A DNA stretch of 39,029 bases from Candidatus Margulisiibacteriota bacterium. GTDB lineage: Bacteria > Margulisbacteria > Termititenacia > Termititenacales > Termititenacaceae. The DNA lies in the NCBI GenBank assembly GCA_031267055.1, contig JAIRZV010000126.1, forward strand, positions 1 through 39,029, read 5' to 3'. The notes beneath the pieces are model-generated. The model ran no database searches, was not told where the DNA came from, and saw only the letters and a list, made by a program, of their open reading frames with translations. Positions 25,101 to 28,084 of the stretch are shown here, piece by piece. The position numbers and the translations under genes were made by a program. The stretch's first letter is position 1; the number at the start of each line of letters is the position of its first letter.

Positions 25101-25520
25101 TTTGGGATTATCCAGTTCCGGAATTTGGGTAAGCAGTTTGGAAATTTCGGGATCAAAAGGATCGATATAAGTGTCTACGCTATTGTAACCACTAGACAGA
25201 TCTGAATAGCCAAAAGCCGCGTCGACAAAAGAACTTTCACCGTTGTAAGAGACCAGATAATAAGAGTCATTGTCAGAATTTACCTTGCCGGCCACATCAT
25301 ACTGCTTGATGTTATAAATATATGAGCCGTTGTCTTCCTCGATAGAGAGCTGACCGCGTTGCGTAAAACCACGTGAGAGTGAGGCGCTGTCTGACGCGGT
25401 CGCGTTATAAACGCCGTTCTCCGCGGCGCGGGCAATATAAGCCGGATCGGCCGGTACGGTCGCATTCAGACCTGCTGCTAACATGCCGGCGTCTAATGTC
25501 CCTCGAATATTATCAACCAT
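10119..25520 (-). CDS. giant multidomain membrane-associated protein, 5,133 aa, function unknown
   Basis: Uninterrupted 15,402-nt frame. The ATG at 25518-25520 is preceded by AGGGGG four nt upstream. All ORFs in other frames across this span are short, low-complexity shadows. Recognisable parts are listed as separate sub-features. Confidence 0.9.
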   Translation of the reverse strand: MVDNIRGTLDAGMLAAGLNATVPADPAYIARAAENGVYNATASDSASLSRGFTQRGQLSIEEDNGSYIYNIKQYDVAGKVNSDNDSYYLVSYNGESSFVDAAFGYSDLSSGYNSVDTYIDPFDPEISKLLTQIPELDNPKLSAEEKLTKLYNYIIDNFNYVPEDKDDWNFVGETIFQRGGDCEDLSILLASAMIALLMNEGMDYQTANSRVSAVAGKHAVYGDHVFVEYLADDGQTYALDAAFAEQGNIAKLSDLKQVNELSFDVYFRFNDNKVFGTAAQLEFLENNAKAYIDPTDPALSKFLAEFEGAMDLSGLSMDEITAKLFNYIKTEYQCLDLQDVFPNQSLVIDTKAGASQNLALLAVNSLLALAAKTGASLPNARVCEATDKASGEKQWVMLYQDSSGVDRVFDFSDKIVSPQLQLGLVKTADDLLSINSYVPVNALSLSADFGQEYSISNNLYSRSVQRFNPKAGYVSEGTSSTYGKLSQPDTKLISDFYANNIIFGSTAIYEKGAWSGDASPEDVKSVLKKLKSNGNDGNSIDSILNNRTDVWGVNQRKTQTEITTMTNIGNFIDDRSDFWRYEDDKFEKARVEFLFQRNILAFLAMVMEAQNEAYNIVGAELERVGSEEAYKSMKASQIIQTETDTLLKDVNELKKEAVGIVNQHNQLMESVISKEIDEIQKDRNRVLSMIAAVSSVAFAAAGVTGIGVFGAMQATGRATMAASAWAGWAIPGVIVLGIGMAVAIPLVAKVTYDAVGRSRGNKKDLMALQIPAAIAAASVAAAIPVLAATIIASAAGIAMTAASLGTAAPLAAAGVAFCIGAGLALSGFFLNTILGKLSALISGTITLEQDQNKAEAAQEKWDKVSKPKAEVAGKNLAQTQSSAKDLASSRTQTYTEVLKHFSDSGSAQAIAANMQMQYSLLDEAAKVKFKRGADGLIYDNDEKFIVLEREISRLQIINRTLGSLHAAKAQSRNAVHTEMTSQSGYTTSTLVSSLIEQEQSVIMEKFNEIKQLRQEYISAYNASLSAAANADKLTKLFQLESTAFGIGFLCSFIEVPMDPQSAIGIVKTLFNAKESVWDRDDLRREFDMTGVVNGSESGYGYSGGSFGSMTGAGDYAIAGEVDVLKILQDEWNKGVHVGLTNREISKYDVIDKSGSLWGNPANLIGNIVGGGGIFDWLLNILAPTNNVENQVKSSVNVNSNTQNIADVSEADGLTKSTIDVAKDNYQMTYRARIAWMRYQATQAVNLRRAQFMIQRYNLESRNIVHQEMTNTTTYQVSGLAEQALSAEFQYVTSIIAAYAQREEQRIQTRNAMIEREQQRWKQAWVSMAGPFGYLVGPKCDELLAKSYANMGQPDATSLHSLTNGIGQANAEKLNEAGTRLYNSQGEIKSTSKGVNVYTDSVLYSESENGLIVKTEVPAGIFGGVASYSVNFENMNKAQADIYGLSYLNAIWQAMYNTRSASRSMVHQVLTNVSNLSLSNYSGGAVGAENQFIQSKAQDLTSTVNDIVSIKQKIYDAQSAQKNEEVKRTFGIIGTIVAAVAIVVLIVLGIIPQLGTCFSLMSGVSGLAMAVCSFFEAIVTMVKLAILKYKQQEELKDITKKAREKARQDVDGKGSGDLVQQTTGDTDPLEGTNSDFFGLMTNGGAAKFQLSLMQANMKKMERINAALRKVHRAKGEARGKITSKISGAAGANLPSAAEMVAGLEAGVAGAMLEQLVSKASKLEETDKKIDTQIDKIISATAGLTSATIAAVRAAGDFKDGIEKNLEKYGGNAWKQKGSQLLQEIGDFFKTGKDMQGKNGANSFWQSKAGKSISGVVGLGTSAVGGQNKDTKGLNTTGTGGFMGMGGGGGDLGAFNKARGESRGELEAQIKSKDPNIAVDSAGNIDPAALSKYVKEHPNDPDVKAFGEATAAAADNYLQSEAGMLKGLTGAVVGLAFAWLKLGAALLTGDLLDWGTSYSKHPGANAIDAKGELQKPEATTVEGATLDDTVIDQLKQGDPDQITTRFKDGNPRTGTQVTNKLEVSVKTAVKNVGDQAGGNEVEIKLDGKLVAFNDLTEEQQKAVINAMQAQIYVNNTHRGGQAVGAWGENGVAAMAEQRLDALLADMGVSKDNPNYAAYRETLKKNSTLHVTEGNMKKDMKFTTAGGLETTVETDYQARGNEDVAKNIVAQDTGWGNVVASDIRDNDGEIYQGYKGTESSAKVTENMAGAYDYGGGLSYDNGTWSGAQANDDGTITADGVTYRVEENGDGPPILQEVVTDQDELETLAGQLGINDVSRLQNKTPTELNDMIAAKNGDTAAAMDTSNLEAQKAAIADLIANGVTIAEDAPVEKIRQAIDAKNGDIAAKNADIIKELQGKGLNIPDNATQKQIDDAVDAENTRRQGVTGDANAVNRAESQEQLAAPISLSNGVTMQITADGQVQISKTGEDGEVVTMTSKPEEADKIQRALDEGNKISIAVEGPDGANGMVEIGRSGSGATGGRKVEFSGVESTAAPDDDESEKRIDNDLTTADLLVKALADLAKNILEQANYQTQMDKLSGGAHVGNLLAALDPRDAREVMSVLTDAYAGEGARRIQNDAEMVQSMQDLLGKHTSPGTLNARFNKFLKEMEQANDLKKNKEKKEQYQPIQDFYVNNTFVDDKTKDTIAFMISNGQEDEARQVMKKITAMQKDVETFMIGDLGKEDAEIVRQNAKDWFTANIDSQGTITVVLKQEVKEQLINGQIPSVSTNAKLSEAIVKKLKTVANSDEDGGVNRFTVNAGEPFRENYNGIYTPDWHLGSNARTRNLGLKSGSVKVDGKEIKYSIDKDGNYFLPPKADNTEYSDAELRAIADQEIENNPGKDVKILCQKPGAVDPTEYTFNAGGSIAHDLSRSELEGSRLQTLSDFQAYSNVMEAYNVDYDPANITDVSDRYCLYKQDDLSRLPGLSATTPQGGSEGCSLARIDLDKVNADGAALLTATGNSNRSIITTGVGKTPTRYDHKTNAAYQPTAKNMLAQLDAEIKELEQKDDPVSQSRLKEAKDIRDELKNAQASRNNEEVDRLVNGYYTDTVDQVFAADSNLEHAQNLQKAEGDITVARGKIADADRIIEAAPGQIEAAEGEIAAASGKIETATTARDEAAGRVREKAAELSTARQEAATARSEATAARNTAIAARKAAVSARKTAVEANGEALQIRKDATETRNEASETRDKAIEKRGEAAPARRAADQKDGEATAKILEASGARTMADTAKAKALTSRGAANTAAETAARSRRAADVAARDAAAAKRTWETDADKADRKRTEANNARGFIDGLKERITDLQARLVEGLSEAEKTEIDTAITELEDKILELEPGAAALETAAAGLEGDATESKKKYDELQGTAETLEGTAKTDEATADTLETTAKTDKAEANRLDGIADGLETEAKELETEAKRLKGIAEKLEEEVERLEEQATELEEKARGLEKDAIEAEEKAGYLNQEAEMLSNTATGLEEAADGLEDRASDLEATARDLEKKVRDLEIELEAAKADLAQAQADLAQAQADLEEAQEKKRQLEKDLDAAIRAKAQAQAELTDALRAKERAEEAIKATNTQLSRTLEAQREAEAAAEARQQAQKEEDEGTISAETAVQAEAVEAKTDQQVANSAETQPDWAALARQEVGDSMAKMNSLEDRVQQFGDPLNVGWMGSGPNATEAALKIITKNIEADPERSQLTVNGQLTLYSYYNRTVNSLTSIMNPESDPVAWEQTQRAYATNQGIGASLEKEIDKVEHDTGLRMPLTSDTKLSEMYAVAGGLPDLDNEDDPAVKKNFAKTAGKIGTALRITIDKFSYQKQQEGEEFSSENEAILQNAVNLDAQLLTDETRQYELGSIQYQEAIKRHTANCGHYIWSSSSSTANRGEAIGFVVRSMENLPEEVKREISCGENGLGLPDTVSTGSILDDDTVEAVSKNIDDRFKIEKEPPQSKALLEAYANIRSLEQARTTNAFVNLDLIDKYPDLFTAEGLIALLKEITRKAQLEGIDPRSTDQYKMYSAIIDIILYAPDDALMEKLNLTPEGLEDLRSRIKETQKTVEGIIDEIPELGNPDFSQHINIAAGTGNKLNFMARVQLLSSDFDAVGALLANRREDKKLAERINNMREVTSASAGQVLKQALANSNVGRIAHANIIAAQNDLSKAVTGGNLDQVRAAASHYKNTLIEAGLLSDEDVTNFDAMQQAFEDILQGTIKWDEKLFGKMPEGLVPDGQDQRDMLAGIFTVRSIKLLTTPPILSFHETAIEQNFSANDVGDMSMERSKELFARCLVGQAFTMDPAAARNNSLRLVDPVTYKRLTEQVSAYAMAVTAEDRAKIRENIAEIADITIDSPELNLLFSDEEGSAYQDFAKLTRDMLAAQNTRKHYRDDNTNRRNWHSALRTHFYSQLNDTTTINNLRRIDNAMTEYNRGRSSLLGPAGNRALEANEQMRAEVFRKEVIIPMTERQSSVTQMSTDYRRDMTNALTNLCNAGEPTRDVTREDIDLGRQISTEGKIELYNTAPSWTLETDILGLKDAAGTTLQPGMLDNIRNMPRGNTATIEQNKDCLNVILNTREVLLDETNGQPLSPELRAALDELNQMGAQTTRDLRKMGYGYTPQGEEKLTDLLAESRRQDDEQEHDPAAAAYQDAMKVFLREKNPAISLDGGTQLCGADGKLPDVIANTGEEFNGVVGADGTNRTELGKVLGGDNNAGINDAMKTIFFVAASGGEPPVIIHSGGLTPEIVQPKVVGFESAFAGDSTELNSAKRAELIQKIVGNAETSGIKVLLRPDGTPDVSATLTSLGDITMPVYVNLTNTDGSFADKPDPASIMNGRVFTMLEVLKEALGKALGEGAEEDINKHLFGDGETAGHLQIDAQYTFGNEKLGKDFYWSGNAPHDWTPGGDMYQKAIGFITEQNKKTNDAKLTVADPNGTGITYTLLLRDENGQPNISSRQWQNGDAVNKKVDGRIGANQGLRAANISFNQSIEVSSWNVSGDINGDEENETGTISRNPAGGYTLQIGGKKMDISAPGDGKALIIEEGLLGNKTKAEITFNNGEPTGFNVTVLTNPGTPQIVDRVADRELQALATGKSVAPPEAETPAGVREDDQELGTETAQNPEPERELTPTPQLDIPAPQPELDIKTAPAVTVTIPR
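10122..10330 (-). other. Pro/Glu/Thr-rich C-terminal tail of the giant protein (about aa 5063-5133)
   Basis: The tail reads ATGKSVAPPEAETPAGVREDDQELGTETAQNPEPERELTPTPQLDIPAPQPELDIKTAPAVTVTIPR. It looks like a low-complexity, disordered region and carries no known C-terminal sorting motif. Confidence 0.6.
14748..15503 (-). repeat. in-frame 21-nt (heptad) tandem array B, 36 units, consensus L-E-x-x-A-x-x (aa 3340-3591)
   Basis: The protein reads LEGTAKT DEATADT LETTAKT ... LETEAKE LETEAKR LKGIAEK LEEEVER LEEQATE LEEKARG ... AKADLAQ AQADLAQ AQADLEE. DNA-level near-identical units are present, e.g. 3 x 21 nt at 14963-15025, 2 x 21 nt at 15297-15338 and 2 x 42 nt near 15376-15460. Confidence 0.85.
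15669..16151 (-). repeat. in-frame 21-nt (heptad) tandem array A, 23 units, consensus x-A-x-x-x-R-x (aa 3124-3284)
   Basis: The protein reads ELSTARQ EAATARS EATAARN TAIAARK AAVSARK TAVEANG EALQIRK DATETRN EASETRD KAIEKRG EAAPARR ... The DNA shows a 21-nt periodic ...TTTCTTGC... pattern, e.g. at 16042-16146. Confidence 0.85.
20763..20936 (-). other. hydrophobic hairpin 2 of the giant protein (aa 1529-1586), two predicted TM helices
   Basis: FGIIGTIVAAVAIVVLIVLGIIPQLGTCFSLMSGVSGLAMAVCSFFEAIVTMVKLAIL forms two uncharged ~22-25-aa stretches separated by a short PQLG turn. Charged residues flank it (KRT... / ...KYKQQEE). Confidence 0.7.
22992..23465 (-). other. hydrophobic cluster 1 of the giant protein (aa 686-843), at least four predicted TM helices
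   Basis: The cluster reads VLSMIAAVSSVAFAAAGVTGIGVFGAM / ATMAASAWAGWAIPGVIVLGIGMAVAIPLVAKV / LMALQIPAAIAAASVAAAIPVLAATIIASAAGIAMTAASLG / TAAPLAAAGVAFCIGAGLALSGFFLNTILGKLSALISG. The Ala/Gly/Ile-rich stretches are separated by short polar or basic loops (QATGR, GRSRGNKKD). Confidence 0.7.
24285..24659 (-). other. degenerate (catalytically dead) duplicate of the transglutaminase-like domain (aa 288-412)
   Basis: It parallels the first copy segment by segment: YIDPTDPALSKFL vs YIDPFDPEISKLL; ITAKLFNYIKTEYQ vs LTKLYNYIIDNFNY; KAGASQNLALLAVNSLLAL vs RGGDCEDLSILLASAMIAL (Cys to Ser355); QWVMLY vs DHVFVEY (His to Trp395); VFD vs ALD (Asp retained). Confidence 0.6.
24771..25169 (-). other. transglutaminase-like cysteine protease core (aa 118-250) with intact Cys-His-Asp triad
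   Basis: QRGGDCEDLSILLASAMIALL (Cys182, nt 24975-24977), GDHVFVEY (His224, nt 24849-24851) and TYALD (Asp240, nt 24801-24803). The C-42-H-16-D spacing and the preceding LYNYIIDNFNY helix are typical of the transglutaminase-core superfamily. Confidence 0.7.
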
Positions 25521-25524
25521 TTTT

Positions 25525-25530
25525 CCCCCT
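25525..25530 (-). promoter_or_regulatory. Shine-Dalgarno (AGGGGG) of the giant gene
   Basis: The minus strand reads ...TTGCAGGGGGAAAAATG, so the purine-rich SD ends 4 nt before the ATG. Confidence 0.6.
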
Positions 25531-25690
25531 GCAAGGCAAAGAAATACCTTACGTCAGACGACCGCTTTAGCGGTCTTCAACGTTCGATATTCATTAGGAG
25601 AAAATAGAGAAAGGAGAAATGCTCTCAAAGTGGCATTTACCCTGCTAACGGCTGATGCGCTATATGTAGTGTGTTTGTTTCTAGACCACC

Positions 25691-25725
25691 ATATTAGTGG
25701 GGGGGGGGGGGGGGGTAACTGTTAA
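25691..25725 (-). promoter_or_regulatory. candidate promoter of the giant gene: TTAACA - 23 nt (including C17) - TAATAT
   Basis: The minus strand reads TTAACA gtta CCCCCCCCCCCCCCCCC ac TAATAT. The -35-like hexamer is at 25720-25725 and the -10-like hexamer at 25691-25696. The hexamers were identified by eye only. A 23-nt spacer is 6 nt longer than the 17-nt optimum. Confidence 0.3.
25699..25715. repeat. homopolymeric tract G17 (+) / C17 (-)
   Basis: Counted directly: 17 consecutive G from 25699 to 25715, 179 nt upstream of the giant-gene ATG. It is the only long homopolymer I saw in the window. Confidence 0.95.
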
Positions 25726-25816
25726 TCGATACTAAATTAAAATCTTTATTAAAAACTTTTTTCATATAAAACTCCGCTTTTTTGTTTTTTCACAAAAATC
25801 GTTCAACACTCATTTG

Positions 25817-25926
25817 TCGAGCGAATATCTTTGCCGCCGCGCGTGGTGGCCTCTCACTTAACGTCGGCTACTTTGTAGCCTTGTTAAGTTCGAGCCAGAC
25901 GCGCTTACGGCAAAATATTCGCTCGC
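25817..25926. repeat. extragenic palindromic element, copy A (110 nt)
   Basis: Long imperfect hairpin. The left arm CGAGCGAATATCTTTGCCG...GGCCTCTCACTTAAC pairs with the right arm GTTAAGTTCGAGCC...CGGCAAAATATTCGCTCG. It is near-identical to the reverse complement of 34121..34229 except at the apical loop. Confidence 0.8.
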
Positions 25927-25971
25927 AAAACATTCGCTAAAAAAAACGACCTTTCTTATTTTGTTCTATCT

Positions 25972-26052
25972 AGCGCGGCAAATATTTTGCCCGGAGCGAA
26001 CGTAACCTTCAGTGCTATGCCGTGTTCGCGAGGGCAAAGATATTTGCGCGCT
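25972..26052. repeat. extragenic palindromic element, copy C (81 nt, related shorter variant)
   Basis: AGCGCGGCAAATATTTTGCCC ... GGGCAAAGATATTTGCGCGCT with inner GCGAACG/CGTTCGC-like pairing. It shares the AATAT(C/T)TTTGCC / GGCAAA(A/G)ATATT arm core with copies A and B. Confidence 0.6.
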
Positions 26053-26208
26053 AAAATAACCATTTTTACCGCTTAAAAATCTTCCACTTACAAACTGATA
26101 AAAAAGTAATTACCCACTTATCGGTGAAATATACATCTAAAATGCATCGATTTTTGCCGTTGATTGAGTCGATTTTACAAAATCCGCGCGGCGTTATAAG
26201 ATACATTT

Positions 26209-27162
26209 ATGAGCAATGGAGAACTGCGTGTATTTCCTCTAAGTTCACATCCGGAAATGGCCGATAAAATCTCCGACTTGCTCGGTATCGCGCGCGGGAA
26301 AATCAAACGCTCCAAATTTAGCTGCGGCGAATTGTACACCCGTATTTTGGAAAATATTCGCGGACATGAAGTTTATCTGGTGCAGACTTCTACTGCCGAT
26401 GTAAACAACGATGTCATGGAGCTGCTCATCGCCATCGATTCCTGTAAACGCGCTTCGGCCAGTTCGATCAACGTGATAATTCCGCATTTTCCTTACAGCC
26501 GTCAGGACAAAAAATCCGCGTCGCGCGAGCCGATCACCGGCCGACTCATCGCCAATCTGCTGGAAGCCGCCGGCATTGACCGCATTATCACGATGGATCT
26601 GCACGCCGATCAGATCCAGGGTTTTTTCAATGTGCCAGTCGACCATTTAAATTCTTTGGTCTTGTTTGTCAAATATTTTCGCAATATTATCGGCGAGAAA
26701 AATAAAGACTATGTCGTGGTGTCGCCGGACACCGGCCGCGCCAAAGCTTGTAAAAAACTTTCCGACAAACTGGAGGTCGATCTGGCGATACTGCATAAAT
26801 CCCGTCCCGACCACAATGTTTCTGAGATATTGCATGTCATCGGCAATGTTCAAAATAAAAAATGCATTATTTTCGACGACATTATTGACACGGCCGGCTC
26901 GATCCAGAACGCTTACAATGTTTTGATCAGCCAGGGCGCCCGAGAAGTGTATGTCGCGGCCACGCACGCGGTGTTTTCCGGACCGGCGGCCGAGCGCCTC
27001 AACTCCTGCGCTTTCAAAGAAATCGTGGTGACTAACACCATACCGCTGGACAAAGCCAAGGAGATCAAAAATTTGTCGAGCATTGACATCGCGCCGCTTT
27101 TTGCCGAGACAGTCAAGCGCAATCATCAGCACGCCAGCATCAGCGAACTTTACGATATTTAG
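26209..27162 (+). CDS. prs: ribose-phosphate pyrophosphokinase
   Basis: 317 aa, with DLHADQIQGFF, VVSPDTGRAK and the PRPP-binding loop IIFDDIIDTAGS. Confidence 0.92.
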   Translation: MSNGELRVFPLSSHPEMADKISDLLGIARGKIKRSKFSCGELYTRILENIRGHEVYLVQTSTADVNNDVMELLIAIDSCKRASASSINVIIPHFPYSRQDKKSASREPITGRLIANLLEAAGIDRIITMDLHADQIQGFFNVPVDHLNSLVLFVKYFRNIIGEKNKDYVVVSPDTGRAKACKKLSDKLEVDLAILHKSRPDHNVSEILHVIGNVQNKKCIIFDDIIDTAGSIQNAYNVLISQGAREVYVAATHAVFSGPAAERLNSCAFKEIVVTNTIPLDKAKEIKNLSSIDIAPLFAETVKRNHQHASISELYDI

Positions 27163-27746
27163 TTAATCGCCACGCGTCCTTCGTAAGCACGCGTCAGAGT
27201 TAATTCGTCGGCATAATCAATATTCGCGCCGGTGGAGAGGCCGTAAGCCAGACGCGTCAATTTCACCGCGCAATCTTTGAGCAGCTCGGAAATATACATA
27301 ATCGTCGCCTCGCCTTCCACAGTCGGGTCCAGCGCGAAAAACACTTCCCGAAAAACTCCACCGCGGATTTTCCGCACCAATTCCTCGATGCGCAGAACTT
27401 CCGGCGTAATATTGTCCAGCGGCGAAAGCAATCCGCCGAGAATATGGTACAGGCCTTTGTAGCCGACTTTTTCGATAGCCTGCTGATCGCGCGGCTCGGC
27501 CACCACGCAGAGCAAAGCGCGGTCGCGCGTCTGATCGCGGCAAATCTCGCAGGGGTCTTGCAGCGTGATATTGTGGCATTCCGAACAGTAACGGACATTT
27601 TTTTTGACCGCCTGCAACGCTTCCGTAAAACCATTCACCCAGGCCGGCGACTGGCTCAAAACAAAAAAAGCCAGACGCTGTGCCGATCGTGCGCCAACCG
27701 AAGGCATTTTTTGAAAATATTTAGCGAGTTCGTCCAGCGGCCCCAT
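27159..27746 (-). CDS. recR: recombination protein RecR
   Basis: 195 aa, with the Cys4 zinc finger CSECHNITLQDPCEIC and the Toprim segment LCVVAEPRD. It follows ybaB with a TAATG overlap. Confidence 0.9.
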   Translation of the reverse strand: MGPLDELAKYFQKMPSVGARSAQRLAFFVLSQSPAWVNGFTEALQAVKKNVRYCSECHNITLQDPCEICRDQTRDRALLCVVAEPRDQQAIEKVGYKGLYHILGGLLSPLDNITPEVLRIEELVRKIRGGVFREVFFALDPTVEGEATIMYISELLKDCAVKLTRLAYGLSTGANIDYADELTLTRAYEGRVAIN

Positions 27747-28066
27747 TACAGTAGTCCGGGGATTTTCAATCCGCCGGTCACCGCGGAAAGTTTTTGCTGT
27801 GCGGTCCGGCCGACCTGCTCCAGCGCTTTGTTAAAAACCTCGTAAATAGTTTTCTCGAGCCGGCTGCGGTCATTCGCCGCAAAATCTTTTAGCAACTTCA
27901 CGCTTTTCAATTTCATCTTGCCGGTGATCTCCACCTCGAGCGCGCCGTCCGCCGAAATTTCTTTGATGACCGTGTTTTGCAATTCTTTTTCCGCGGCCGC
28001 CATTTTCGTTTTCATCTCACCGACTTTTTTCAACATATTACCCATATCGCCCAATCCACCAAACAT
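27746..28066 (-). CDS. ybaB: nucleoid-associated protein YbaB/EbfC
   Basis: 106 aa. The N-terminus MFGGLGDMGNMLKKVGEMKTKM and the conserved ybaB-recR gene order support the call. Confidence 0.85.
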   Translation of the reverse strand: MFGGLGDMGNMLKKVGEMKTKMAAAEKELQNTVIKEISADGALEVEITGKMKLKSVKLLKDFAANDRSRLEKTIYEVFNKALEQVGRTAQQKLSAVTGGLKIPGLL

Positions 28067-28084
28067 AAATTTACCTCCTGTTGT

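Noticed and set aside
25610-25648. Tiny plus-strand ORF (MLSKWHLPC) with an AAAGGAGA SD inside the giant-gene 5' UTR region.
   Set aside because: Nine codons with no conservation evidence. It is most likely a chance occurrence, and it lies on the strand opposite the presumed transcript.
10111-25725. Numerous 60-215-aa plus-strand ORFs antisense to the giant gene (e.g. 10111..10632, 20199..20846, 23481..23942, and 25483..25725, which translates the G17 tract as poly-Gly).
   Set aside because: These are shadow ORFs opposite a long GC-biased coding frame. They have no start context or family resemblance. The last one crosses the giant-gene start codon and its 5' UTR.
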